This document shows, one piece after another, positions 29,172-38,970 of a DNA stretch of 64,000 nt. Location of the stretch: NCBI GenBank assembly GCA_963736005.1, contig CAVTNB010000001.1, forward strand, positions 352,001-416,000, read 5' to 3'. The stretch is from an uncultured Pseudomonadota bacterium. Lineage in GTDB: Bacteria; Vulcanimicrobiota; Vulcanimicrobiia; Eremiobacterales; Eremiobacteraceae. The notes under the pieces were generated by a model. That model was not told the origin of the DNA. It was given only the letters and a program-made list of their open reading frames with translations, and did not search any database. The position numbers and the translations under genes are program-made. Each line of letters opens with the position of its first letter. The stretch's first letter is position 1.

Positions 29172-30698
29172 TTACTTTGATGGAGCTGGGGTTGTGAGAT
29201 TCCTATTGTATTCGTCAAGCATTTCCAGCTCGCCCGCGTTTGAAAGGGTTTGCCGGTGATGCTTGATCCAATTTCGCGGGAGGCTCCCAAAGACCGGCTT
29301 GCCAGTGCGATGGCGGTAGATCGCAAAGAAGATAATGCCGAAAATGACCCACGACGGTCCGGCGATGCGCCCGGTTGGATGGGTGAGCAGCGTGAAGATC
29401 AAGATGGCCGCAATGCCGAGGAATCCGACGATGGAAATGAGCGAAACATCGCCTTTCACGCCATTGATGGTCAGCGGAATATTCCACGGCATGCGGAAGC
29501 GCCGCGGCGCACTTTTGTCGGTAAAGCGCAAAGTCATGAGTGCCACAAACACGAGTGTATACGAGAGCGCGGCGCCGAAGGCGTAGAGGTCCCCCAGAAA
29601 GCTAAAGGCTCGTGGCCCCTGGAGATACGCGATGACGAGCACGATGGCTGCGATGCCCGAAAAGAAAATAATCGTTTGGATAGGGGTCTTTGTTTTTGGG
29701 TTCGTTACTTGAAACCAACTCGGCAATAGGTGAAACTTGCCCATCGAGTAGGCGATGCGCGACGCGCCATACACGCCAGAATTACTCGAGATCATGACGA
29801 GCAGTGCGCCGATGATAGGAACGTACCACTTCAAGACGTTTCCAATGAGCGGCAATTGCGCGGCGAGTAAGGCGACCGCCTTGTCGTTGTTATCTGAGCT
29901 GCCGAAATACTGATAGGCCGGTTGACCTTGAATATGCGGCATGCCGAGCACAAGGTTGGAATACGCTAACGCGAAGATCAAAATCGTCAAGATGAGCGCG
30001 ATGGACGTCCTCGGCATGACGGTTGACGGCCGCTGCGTTTCTTCTGCCGCCTGCGCAATACTTTCGAGTCCCACAAATGAGATAATTGCAAGCGAGACGC
30101 CGAGCAAAAGCTCGTTCGTCTGCGGCCAATGAAACTTCATGGTGTTGATGAGCATCTGTGGATGCCATGCGAAGAGAAAACCACAGACCAAGATGAGGGT
30201 CTCGTTGCAAATGTCGACTGCGGCGACGAGTTCGTTGAGCCTCGACGACTGCCTCACGCCACTAATGTTGAGGAGCATGAGAAAGGCCGTCACGATTAAG
30301 ACTGCCAGAAAGCGGACGAGTTGATGATCGGCAAAATATGGAATGAGGATGCTCAAGTAGGCAATGGTTGCCCAAGCAAAGATCGCAATGTCAACAGTGA
30401 AATCCAAAAGGACAGCCCAGCCCGCCACAAAGCCGAAAAAGTCGCCGAGCGCACGGGTGACAAAGAACTGCCCTCCACCGGCGACGGGATAGGTGGACGC
30501 GAGTTCGGTATAGGCAAGCCCGATGCAAACATACACGATGCCGGCAAACAGGAATGCGATGTTGGCGGCACCCATTGCCGCCCCAACCACGAGGCCCAGC
30601 GCAACGTAAATGTCGGCGCCCACGTCGGCATAGCCCCATGAGTAGGAACCCCACGTCGTGACTGCACGGCGCAGGTCTGTGCCAGAAGTTGTGGGCAT
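29172..30698 (-). CDS. APC-family amino acid/polyamine permease
   Basis: About 12 TM segments; YTELASTYPVAGG, SFVGLESIAQAAEE and SRIAYSMG motifs. Confidence 0.9.
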   Translation of the reverse strand: MPTTSGTDLRRAVTTWGSYSWGYADVGADIYVALGLVVGAAMGAANIAFLFAGIVYVCIGLAYTELASTYPVAGGGQFFVTRALGDFFGFVAGWAVLLDFTVDIAIFAWATIAYLSILIPYFADHQLVRFLAVLIVTAFLMLLNISGVRQSSRLNELVAAVDICNETLILVCGFLFAWHPQMLINTMKFHWPQTNELLLGVSLAIISFVGLESIAQAAEETQRPSTVMPRTSIALILTILIFALAYSNLVLGMPHIQGQPAYQYFGSSDNNDKAVALLAAQLPLIGNVLKWYVPIIGALLVMISSNSGVYGASRIAYSMGKFHLLPSWFQVTNPKTKTPIQTIIFFSGIAAIVLVIAYLQGPRAFSFLGDLYAFGAALSYTLVFVALMTLRFTDKSAPRRFRMPWNIPLTINGVKGDVSLISIVGFLGIAAILIFTLLTHPTGRIAGPSWVIFGIIFFAIYRHRTGKPVFGSLPRNWIKHHRQTLSNAGELEMLDEYNRNLTTPAPSK

Positions 30699-30794
30699 GG
30701 CGCCCTGGATTCGTTTAGGACTAACGGATTCCCGCGGCAAGAATGGTTCTGCGCGCGCTTGGTCCTATTAGGAAGCCGTGGAGGCTATCCGCTC

Positions 30795-31271
30795 GTGAAG
30801 AAAACCATTTTTGCACTCCTTGCAATGGTCCTCAGCGCTGTGATTATCGGCTGCTCGCACAAAGAAGGTGCGCCTGCTGGCTCGGCGAGCGGGGCACAAG
30901 CGGCGGGAACCATGACTCCCGTACCCGCCTCGGTGCAAGCGAAGGAGTTTGTCACGTTTGATTTTTCAGACGTTGCCGTCACCACAAGCGGCGCACCGGT
31001 CTTGCGCCTCACGGTCGAAGCGAAAAATGGCAGTAAAGATCCTCTGCTGTGCGATGAAAGCAGTTTCTCGGCAGAACTAGCAGATGGCACGATCCTCGCA
31101 CCTGACGCTGGCGCGCAAAACACCTGCGACCCTGATTCAATCGATCCGGGCGGGTCATCGAAGGTCATCATGTTCTTCGATTTGCCCAGCGGCTACACCG
31201 GGCCCCTCATGTTGATTATGAGAACCGCAGACAACACGCTAATCGGCCAAGGGACAACCAACATCCACTAG
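30795..31271 (+). CDS. Lipoprotein with Ig-like (DUF4352-like) domain
   Basis: GGAGG before GTG 30795; lipobox IIGC; IDPGGSSKVIMFFDLP pattern. Confidence 0.7.
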   Translation: MKKTIFALLAMVLSAVIIGCSHKEGAPAGSASGAQAAGTMTPVPASVQAKEFVTFDFSDVAVTTSGAPVLRLTVEAKNGSKDPLLCDESSFSAELADGTILAPDAGAQNTCDPDSIDPGGSSKVIMFFDLPSGYTGPLMLIMRTADNTLIGQGTTNIH

Positions 31272-31322
31272 TCCGTGTGCCGACAGGGACGACACGGCCG
31301 CTCAAGCAAAGCACCTGATCAC

Positions 31323-31398
<76 letters not shown>

Positions 31399-31458
31399 CT
31401 TAGAAGCCTTGTGAATCAAAGCTGCTCTGCCGGAGGGCGGTCCTTCTGCAGCAGCTCC

Positions 31459-31479
31459 TTGTAGCGTAATTGTAGCGTA
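31459..31479 (+). repeat. Tandem 10-bp direct repeat, candidate integrase arm-binding sites
   Basis: TTGTAGCGTA at 31459-31468 and 31470-31479 (11-bp period), 60 nt downstream of the tRNA. Confidence 0.6.
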
Positions 31480-31505
31480 GCATCATCAACCAGTGGATAA
31501 AACGC

Positions 31506-32144
31506 ATGCCGACTATCAAGTGCAGGCTCCTGCCGTACAACCCTTTCAATACATGCGCTGAAACAAATGAGCTTCCGCAACCCGGTGACATGTTCCACCA
31601 CAACCCGCTTGGTTTAGCAGTCGTCCTACCAGTGTCGCCTTTGGAGGTTTGGTTCATTCAAAGCAAGACAAATTGCGGAGATCCGACCCCACATTTTTCG
31701 TGCTGGAAATGGTCTGGTGAGCCTCCGGACATAACCGTGGACTCGGCGTGTTCAACAGGAGCTGGCAGCATTTCGGTTTATCCCCCTGAGCAACCGCGTT
31801 ACCACGCCTTTTTATGGCATGGCGACCTAATTGATATCGAGCAGGCCAAGGTTGATCTTGCGTATTTCCAAAGCCTCACGATCGGCGATCAGATAAAGCT
31901 CAAGGCACGCACTTTTCTAGATGCCGTTAGATGGGAGGTCCCGATGCGAGACGAGGATCTAAAACAATTTGTGGGTGAGCGTGTTAGCCGAGTCCGCCTC
32001 AAGAATGGACACGTTCTCGAGGGCCGCATTAAGAGTGTCAACAATCACTACGAAATTATGCCCGTTCCAAGTCAATCTGGCGTCATACAGAGCTTCGGGC
32101 CGCTGACCGAGTTTTACGCTAGCGACGTTGAACGGATTGATTGA
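31506..32144 (+). CDS. Hypothetical protein; C-terminal 66 aa (own RBS, ATG 31944) look Sm/LSm-like
   Basis: 212-aa open frame; internal GGAGG-N5-ATG begins MRDEDLKQFVGERVSRVRLKNGHVLEGRIKSVNNHY. Confidence 0.55.
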   Translation: MPTIKCRLLPYNPFNTCAETNELPQPGDMFHHNPLGLAVVLPVSPLEVWFIQSKTNCGDPTPHFSCWKWSGEPPDITVDSACSTGAGSISVYPPEQPRYHAFLWHGDLIDIEQAKVDLAYFQSLTIGDQIKLKARTFLDAVRWEVPMRDEDLKQFVGERVSRVRLKNGHVLEGRIKSVNNHYEIMPVPSQSGVIQSFGPLTEFYASDVERID

Positions 32145-32152
32145 GTAGGTTA

Positions 32153-33325
32153 TTACCTCGGTACATCGGCCTTCTTATGGGTCTTCGCCGGTCGATTGAA
32201 AATTGCGTCGATGCGGTTAGCTGCATCGCGCTGCATCGACGGTAACAAATGACTGTAGGTATCAAGTGTAAAGCCGACTCTCGCATGCCCGAGCCGCTCG
32301 CTCACCACCTTTGGGTGAACGCCGGCACGTAGGAGTTGCGACGCGTGCGTGTGCCGCAGATCGTGGAAACGGATGCGCGAGAGTTCAGCCTTCTCAAGCA
32401 CCTTTACGAACGAGCGATTAATCAGGTTGTTGTAATGCAGCGCGAAGCCATCCTTGGTGCAAAAGATCGGATCGCGCAGCTCGGCATGACCCTCGCTCGC
32501 CATCGCCGTCTTGTGGTTAGCCAACACCACTACCACCGATGCTGGTAGATCTATCCGGCGCCGCCCGACGGACGTCTTCGGCTCCGCCAGCTCGGTTGAG
32601 CGCGCATCTTCTTCTGCATTCGGTCGGCGAACGAGCTGACGGCGCACCTGAATCAACCCGAGCTCCGCGTCGAAGTCAACCCACTGCAAACCGAGCAACT
32701 CCCCGATGCGCATACCAGTTGCCAGCGCAACGACGTAAAGGACGTAATAGCGATCTCCAGCAGCTGCATCTAGGAGCGCGGTTATCTGATCGTCAGTCAG
32801 AGCGTGGATCTCTCTGCGGCGCGCTCGGGGGCGATTGACGAGCTCGCAAACGTTGCGAACCACGATCTCCCAACGCATTGCCTGTCTCAACGCCCTGTGC
32901 AACACGAAGAGGGCGATCTGACGGACGCGCGGCGACGGTCCCGCCTTCTCCAAGTCAACGAGCATCTTACTCACGTGGTCCGGCGTTATCTTCCTCACCC
33001 TCATTGCGCCGAGCCTCGGCTTGATGTGCTTCTTGACGATCGAGGAATATAGCGCGTGTGTCGCTGGCCGGACGGACCCTTCGACAGCCTCGCTAAGCCA
33101 GCGATCGAGGAAAGCGTCGAGCGTCAGCCGCTCATGCTCTTGTGAGTCGCCGGCTTGCCGGATACGATCGAGTTTCTTGAGTACCTCGGTCTTGGTGGGT
33201 GCGTAAACGACGCGACGTCGATAGTCCGATTGATGCACGCCGCACCAGTAGCCGTCCGATCGCTGATAGACGGCACCCTCGCCGCGGCCGCGCCGCGCTC
33301 TCTTCGGCCGATCAGTCTCGCTCAT
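32153..33325 (-). CDS. Site-specific tyrosine recombinase (phage/ICE integrase)
   Basis: RGRGEGAVYQR arm-binding N-terminus; catalytic TGMRIGE, PKT, FHDLRHTHAS, LGH and TLDTYSH motifs. Confidence 0.97.
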   Translation of the reverse strand: MSETDRPKRARRGRGEGAVYQRSDGYWCGVHQSDYRRRVVYAPTKTEVLKKLDRIRQAGDSQEHERLTLDAFLDRWLSEAVEGSVRPATHALYSSIVKKHIKPRLGAMRVRKITPDHVSKMLVDLEKAGPSPRVRQIALFVLHRALRQAMRWEIVVRNVCELVNRPRARRREIHALTDDQITALLDAAAGDRYYVLYVVALATGMRIGELLGLQWVDFDAELGLIQVRRQLVRRPNAEEDARSTELAEPKTSVGRRRIDLPASVVVVLANHKTAMASEGHAELRDPIFCTKDGFALHYNNLINRSFVKVLEKAELSRIRFHDLRHTHASQLLRAGVHPKVVSERLGHARVGFTLDTYSHLLPSMQRDAANRIDAIFNRPAKTHKKADVPR

Positions 33326-33660
33326 GGCAGCGATGATTGCATGGTCATGGTAACGTTGTTTGAGCGCAACGATTCAAGCCCTGCACTCGCCCACAACTCG
33401 TACACAACGGTTCCCTTCATCATAATTCAAAATCGATGCGCCCGAAGACACCTTGTTAACAGCCATCGCCAGATCTGATACTGTTCTGTTTGGCGGCCCG
33501 CAAGATTCCTGTGTGAAGATGTGAGTAAACTTGTGAATAACCCCTGGGGCATAACGCCAGTCGGTGATTGCGGACAGGCGGAAACTGGGCGCTGGTGACA
33601 ACCGTCACATCCTTCGCGGCAATTTGAAGGCGACTCTCGAGTTTGCCCGACACTTTAACT

Positions 33661-35928
33661 ATGCAGTCCAGCAGCTCAGCGTCGCAAGACGAACGGGGAT
33701 CGATCGAATCAATTCCCGACTTCGCTACGTGGCAAACGTCCGCGGCGGATCGTCGGGTCGCCGTCGTCGTTGCCGGCCTCATGATCGCCCTGGGATGTGC
33801 GGCGTTTGTATTCGGTCGGAATCCGGGTCCGGTGGTTCCCGCAGTCCTGCCCATGCTCATGGGCTGCGTGATCATAACCGAACTCATGTCGGCCTACCTC
33901 TTGCTGAGTCAATTCCTGGAGCTGCGATATCCAGCTTTAGGGTTTGTTGGAGCGGCATATCTCCTTTCTGGATTGCTGGTCATTCCTTACCTCCTGACTT
34001 TCCCAAAGATTTTTTCTCCGACTGGTTTGTTCAACGCCAACGAGCAAACTGCGCTGATACTGTGGGCGCTTTGGCACACGGGTTTCCCACTACTCGCGTT
34101 AACCTACGTGATCGCACAAAGACGATTTGGAGCCATGCAGTGGCCGTTGTTGCGGGCACGCGGATTTACTTTCGCGATCCTTTTAACGTGCGTCACCATC
34201 GCCGTGACGGCGTTGGTCTTTACCACGCAGTTTCGAAATTCGCTCCCAATTTTCGTCCAGAATGGGCAATTCACTGCGCTTACGATAAGAACGTTGTTGC
34301 CGGTCATCTGTGCGTTCGACCTGGCAGCACTGTTCGCGCTTGTCAGCATCACGCGAGGACGGACAGTGATTCCAATGTGGCTGTCACTTGCGATCCTGGC
34401 ATCACTTTTTGACTCCATCATCGGACTGGTTTGCGCCCGCTTCTCATTCGGCTGGTATGCAGGCAAAATGTTCGCGGTCGCTTCATCAACCTTCATACTC
34501 GGCGCCTTCGTCAACGAGTTTCTCGGGCTCAATAGAAGGCTTGTGTATGCAAGCAAGGAGCTCCAACGTCTCAGCGCCGCGGAGCGCCAACAGGCGCAGG
34601 AGCGAGCGGAATTCCTAGCTTACCATGACGCCCTTACCGGGTTGGGCAACCGTGCGCGATTGCAGGAGAGACTCTTCGAAAACATCAGCGCGGCAGCTCG
34701 ACACGGCGACCGCGTTGCGCTGCTTTTTATTGATCTTGATCATTTCAAAGATGTGAATGATGCGTGTGGCCACGTCGTCGGGGATGTTGTTTTGATTGAG
34801 GCAGCGAGGCGGCTGCGGAGCGTCGTCCGCATGGAAGAATCCATCGCGCGACTGGGTGCCGATGAGTTCGCAGTCGTCGCAAGTGATTTGAGGTCCGCCT
34901 CAGATGCGGAACTAATCGCAATCCGACTCAGAAGTGCACTCAGAGAGCCCTTCACAGTCGGCGATGGAACAATCCACCTGAGTGCGAGCATTGGCATGGC
35001 GATCTACCCTGACGATGGCACTTCGGCCGAAGCGTTGCTTGACTATGCGGATGCTGCTGCACACCGCGCGAAGCGAGATGGCGGTGACAATCAACAGTTT
35101 TACAACCGCGACATCGCGGAACGTATTCGTTTGCGCCACACGATTCACGAAGGCCTACGACGAGCCCTCACGCGTGGCGAATTTGTCCTTCATTTTCAGC
35201 CGCTGCTCAATCTTTATTCGGGAGAGATAGAATCCGCAGAAGCCCTCATCCGATGGCAGGACCCGACCAATGGGCTGATTCCACCCGGCGATTTCATTTC
35301 TATCGCCGAAGAGACCGGATTGATGGTCCCAATAGGAAGATGGGTACTCGAAACGGCGTTGCGGCAGGCAAGCTTGTGGCGGAGTAAGGCCATGCCAATT
35401 CGCATCGCGGTCAATGTCTCAACCAAACAGTTCCAGGATCCATCTTTCTTTCAGCATCTACTTGCGACGCTCAAGGACACCAAAACCAAGCCCGAGATGC
35501 TCGAATTAGAAGTCACTGAATCCGTCGCGATGGCCGACGTAACAGGTAATGCTGTCCTTCAGCAGTGCAAACAAATCGGAATACACCTCGCGCTCGATGA
35601 TTTTGGAACGCACTACTCGTCACTCGCATACCTCAAACGGTTGCCCGTCGACACGATCAAGATCGACCGCTCGTTCGTGCAGGGGTTGCCGTTCAATCGT
35701 GATGATGCGGCGATCGTAAGAGCCATCATTGCGCTAGGGCATACCCTAAGCCGCAGTATCGTTGCTGAAGGCGTCGAGGGCGTCGATCAATTGAATTGGC
35801 TCAAGCAAGCCGGCTGCGATGTAGCGCAAGGCTATGTGATAGCAAAGCCAATGGAGATAAGCGCGTGGGATACGTGGCTGAGCGCGTGGCGGTCAAAGAG
35901 AGGCGCCTTACTTAGCCAATCCAGTTGA
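33661..35928 (+). CDS. Membrane-bound diguanylate cyclase/phosphodiesterase (MASE4-like, GGDEF, EAL)
   Basis: Multi-TM N-terminus (LLSQF, LTFP, LWALWH), HDALTGLGNR, DLDHFK, RLGADEF, EALIRW, LDDFGT and AEGVE motifs. Confidence 0.92.
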   Translation: MQSSSSASQDERGSIESIPDFATWQTSAADRRVAVVVAGLMIALGCAAFVFGRNPGPVVPAVLPMLMGCVIITELMSAYLLLSQFLELRYPALGFVGAAYLLSGLLVIPYLLTFPKIFSPTGLFNANEQTALILWALWHTGFPLLALTYVIAQRRFGAMQWPLLRARGFTFAILLTCVTIAVTALVFTTQFRNSLPIFVQNGQFTALTIRTLLPVICAFDLAALFALVSITRGRTVIPMWLSLAILASLFDSIIGLVCARFSFGWYAGKMFAVASSTFILGAFVNEFLGLNRRLVYASKELQRLSAAERQQAQERAEFLAYHDALTGLGNRARLQERLFENISAAARHGDRVALLFIDLDHFKDVNDACGHVVGDVVLIEAARRLRSVVRMEESIARLGADEFAVVASDLRSASDAELIAIRLRSALREPFTVGDGTIHLSASIGMAIYPDDGTSAEALLDYADAAAHRAKRDGGDNQQFYNRDIAERIRLRHTIHEGLRRALTRGEFVLHFQPLLNLYSGEIESAEALIRWQDPTNGLIPPGDFISIAEETGLMVPIGRWVLETALRQASLWRSKAMPIRIAVNVSTKQFQDPSFFQHLLATLKDTKTKPEMLELEVTESVAMADVTGNAVLQQCKQIGIHLALDDFGTHYSSLAYLKRLPVDTIKIDRSFVQGLPFNRDDAAIVRAIIALGHTLSRSIVAEGVEGVDQLNWLKQAGCDVAQGYVIAKPMEISAWDTWLSAWRSKRGALLSQSS

Positions 35929-36023
35929 ACGATCTCCTTCCTTCAACTGATGTACGTACACAACCGCTCTCAACTTAACGGAGCCACCCTTGTGTATTAC
36001 GCCTGCCACGAAGTCTTCTAGGG

Positions 36024-36461
36024 TTACTTGCCCTTAGCTCGCGCGCGTGCAACTCTCTTCTTAGGTGCATCCGGTGCGGGGAGCGCCGGCTTTTCAGGCG
36101 GCAAATACTCGAACGTGATTTGTGGCACGCTACTTTTGCGGGCAAAACCGTATTTATCGCGGTTGGCGGCAATCCACGTCGCGTAGCGTTCCTTAAATTC
36201 TTCCCGCGATAGTAGCATCATATCAAGCAACGCGCGGAAATCGGTCGCCTCAACCTGCTCATAGGATCTAACATAATCGGCCATGCTCACCACCCCCTTC
36301 GCAACTAGAGCGTCAAGCAGCGCGCGATGTCGTGCTCTTCCCCTGGCAAGCTCGTTGAAGATCGTGGCAAACAGTATTTCAGCAGAGTAGCCAGAATAAC
36401 CGCTCGCAGATGGGGAGGAGCCGAGTGTATTCTTCTTGCGTTTGTTTTTTGGATCGCTCAA
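36024..36461 (-). CDS. Hypothetical protein, third gene of the TA-like operon
   Basis: 145-aa ORF whose TTG start lies 3 nt after the antitoxin stop; helical core with basic termini. Confidence 0.7.
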   Translation of the reverse strand: MSDPKNKRKKNTLGSSPSASGYSGYSAEILFATIFNELARGRARHRALLDALVAKGVVSMADYVRSYEQVEATDFRALLDMMLLSREEFKERYATWIAANRDKYGFARKSSVPQITFEYLPPEKPALPAPDAPKKRVARARAKGK

Positions 36462-36464
36462 TTT

Positions 36465-36881
36465 CTAAGCTGCTATTCCCTCGAGAGCCATCGGTGTGGT
36501 TGCTTCCTTCACGACGTAAGTTGTCTCCGACGACTGCTGCACTGGTGTAACAACCCCGGCGAATAGCCGACCAGAATCGCAGTTATCGACACGCATGTTG
36601 AAGTAGATGCGCAGCCCCGCGCCCGCCCCCTTGGCGATCCGACAAAGTGTCTGCAACGTGATTCCTGATGTCGCTGCGTGCTCGTACTCACTTAGCTGAC
36701 TCGGCAACAGGCCTGCCAGCTTTGCGAATTCATCTTGCTTCATGTTTAGGGCGGCGCGGAGCTCTATTAAAGCACTTGCGATCTGTATTAGCGGCTCACG
36801 CTTTGCTAGCGCCTCCGCATCTTCTGGGTGTTCGGCCAAGTAACGGTCGAGATCACTCATCATTTGTGTTGCCTTACTCAT
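36465..36881 (-). CDS. XRE/HTH antitoxin (HigA-like) with C-terminal extension
   Basis: LIELRAALNMKQDEFAKLAGLLPSQLSEYEH...ITLQTLCRIAKGAG; start abuts the toxin stop. Confidence 0.85.
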   Translation of the reverse strand: MSKATQMMSDLDRYLAEHPEDAEALAKREPLIQIASALIELRAALNMKQDEFAKLAGLLPSQLSEYEHAATSGITLQTLCRIAKGAGAGLRIYFNMRVDNCDSGRLFAGVVTPVQQSSETTYVVKEATTPMALEGIAA

Positions 36882-37277
36882 TTATGCCTCCCGGTAGGAT
36901 CCGTACAATCCCGAAGCTAGTTGCTGCTTAAAAATCCGCAGATTCATCTCGGCCTGCTCCACCTCGCCTCCATCAAGCTGATTCCGCTTCTTGAGCGTGC
37001 CGCCGAGAAGGACGAGGCCGCCCCCGTCAAGCGATGCCGCAAGGACTCTAACCCAGTGATCTTTTGTATTGATGCGGTACTCAAGTATCTCTCCCCTCAC
37101 TTGACTGAGAATGCCCGCCTTGCGCATCGCGAGCAGATCCGTGGTCTCAAGGAGCTTGAGGTGCGCAAGAACATCACCGCGGGCCTGGTGCATTTTCTTG
37201 AGCGTTTTTCCAAGAAAGTTGCTTATGACGCTCTTCTCGGGTTTGCCGCTTGGGCTGTACCATATTACCCTATTCAC
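36882..37277 (-). CDS. RelE/ParE-superfamily toxin (HigB/Gp49-like)
   Basis: GEILEYRI...WVRVL...LVLLGGTLKK...EVEQA pattern; toxin-first gene order. Confidence 0.8.
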   Translation of the reverse strand: MNRVIWYSPSGKPEKSVISNFLGKTLKKMHQARGDVLAHLKLLETTDLLAMRKAGILSQVRGEILEYRINTKDHWVRVLAASLDGGGLVLLGGTLKKRNQLDGGEVEQAEMNLRIFKQQLASGLYGSYREA

Positions 37278-37295
37278 TTCGGTAATTCCCGAAGT
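37276..37295. promoter_or_regulatory. Inverted repeat over the toxin start codon (operator or translation-blocking hairpin)
   Basis: ACTTCGG-TAATTC-CCGAAGT, perfect 7-bp arms. Confidence 0.5.
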
Positions 37296-37421
37296 TCCCC
37301 TTAGCTAAACTAAGCCCTTCATAGCCCACATATGACGGTTTGGTACACACGCTTGTTCGAGCGCCCTTGGCCACTTACCGAGGAATGAGCGATGATTCAA
37401 GGGTCCCTCTCGCAATCGCCG

Positions 37422-38252
37422 TCATCGCACCAGGCTGATGACACCCTGCATAGGCTCCCTGATCGGGAACTCTTGGTACACCGCATATGACCACGCATCG
37501 CCGAGGTGCGTCGTCGTGCCGCCATCCTCAACGCTCACTACGAGCTGCTGATTCGTGCCGGGTCGGTAAAAAGTTTGATTGAGGTCTTTGGCCAGGTACT
37601 TGCATCGCTCATGAATGACGACACCAATCAGGCCCTTGTAGTTCTCCAGCTTGCCGTTGCCGGCCGCGAAGCGATCGCGTAGCGCAGGGTTCGCATTCGG
37701 CACCTTCGTCTCGCCAACAAAGCCTTTCTCAGCGAGTTGCTTGCGAAGCGCCGCGAAGTCAGAGCTTCCCGTCTGTCTGTTGGTCTGCGTCTGACCGGTC
37801 GCATCGCCATAGATTAGCAGCTGCCGGTTTTTGCGCGCGATCTTTGAGGCCTCGCGCTCGAAGAATTCTTTCACTCCAAAGTCGACTACGGAATGCCGCA
37901 CCCGAATCTCATCAAGCACGTACATGACGATGCGCTGGTAGCCCGGCACGTCGATCGTGCGCCACTGGAAGAGAACCGAGCATAGCGGATCGCAGTTCCA
38001 ATCCAAAGACCATCCGACTGCAAGGCGTGGATCCCATTCGAGGGGCGGTAAGCCGAGCTCGAGTGCCTTTGCCGGAGATAGCACGTGCTTTTGGCGTTGA
38101 AACATGCGCCACACCCGCCCCTTGCCGATATCACCAAACTGCCCTTGGAGTTCAATGTCGGCCAGTTCGCGATCGTACTGCTCCTTCAACCCCTCGACGT
38201 ACGACGTGGGAAGCAAGTAATTATCAAACGTGCAACTCCACCCAAGTGGCAA
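37422..38252 (-). pseudogene. Phage terminase large subunit, C-terminal nuclease domain only
   Basis: TFDNYLLPTSYVEGL...Y...ELQGQF, SLDWN.DP, YVLDE, IYGDATG and HLGDAWSY motifs; the ATPase domain is absent. Confidence 0.8.
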
Positions 38253-38262
38253 CGGCCATCGA

Positions 38263-38292
38263 TTGACGCTCGAACATGGTATGTGCTATGGT
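38263..38292 (+). promoter_or_regulatory. Sigma70-type promoter
   Basis: TTGACG-N18-TATGGT with a TGn extension, upstream of the gene at 38388. Confidence 0.55.
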
Positions 38293-38387
38293 GGTTCGCA
38301 GAGCTTGAGGCGACGCTACAATGCGCCGCCAATCCGCGTAGGTGCCGTAATCGCGAAACGAATGCATACAAAACGCTTGGAGGAACG

Positions 38388-38912
38388 ATGATGAAAAGGT
38401 TTTATTGGTTAGTTACACTCATGGTGCTGGCCGTCGCAACGAGCGCCGCACAAGCCCAATCGACAGCATGGTCCCCATCGATGAATGCCGTGGGCGCGCA
38501 TGGCTTCGACTGGCAAATCGGGAACTGGTCATGCACCAATAGTATGCCCCCCTCGCCAATGAACCCGACCAGTCAGACGGGCACAGTTACGCGGACCAAC
38601 GGCGGCGCCTTGTTCTATCACTTCAGCGGCGAGAATTACGATTACGTCTCCTATGACGTGTATGTGGCGAAGACGAAGACGTGGTTGAGTCCCGTCGCCT
38701 TGGCAGACGGCAGTTACGGCACCGAGTCGACGACCCAGACCGGGATGAAGATCGTCTGGACCGGTTCTTTCTATCCCCCTACGGGCAAGACGATGCAAGT
38801 CCGAGACACGGACGTGGTATCTAGCTCCGCGAAGTTCACCGACTTGGGCGAATATCAGTCAAACGACGGCACCTGGAAGAAACTATATAACCTAACCTGC
38901 ACGAAGACATAG
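38388..38912 (+). CDS. Secreted beta-rich hypothetical protein
   Basis: GGAGG RBS; signal peptide MMKRFYWLV...AAQA; FDWQIGNWSC...LTCTKT. Confidence 0.75.
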   Translation: MMKRFYWLVTLMVLAVATSAAQAQSTAWSPSMNAVGAHGFDWQIGNWSCTNSMPPSPMNPTSQTGTVTRTNGGALFYHFSGENYDYVSYDVYVAKTKTWLSPVALADGSYGTESTTQTGMKIVWTGSFYPPTGKTMQVRDTDVVSSSAKFTDLGEYQSNDGTWKKLYNLTCTKT

Positions 38913-38970
38913 CGAGGGTCGCTGTAGTATGAGCGGACCAGGCTAATATTGGTCTAGTCAGCCACTCTTG

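Larger units (their letters stand above)
31399..38252. mobile_element. Decayed prophage/integrative element at tRNA-Ala(GGC); right boundary undefined, cargo may extend to about 49 kb
   Basis: Integrase next to the tRNA 3' end, tandem TTGTAGCGTA repeats, terminase fragment and TA module. No attR found. Confidence 0.7.

Noticed and set aside
33532..33540. DnaA-box-like TTATTCACA on the minus strand as part of an origin
   Set aside because: Single box with no cluster, unwinding element or dnaA context.
33399..35964. CGTACACAAC on both sides of the GGDEF-EAL gene as a target-site duplication
   Set aside because: Only 10 bp, with no terminal inverted repeats or transposase; not distinguishable from chance.
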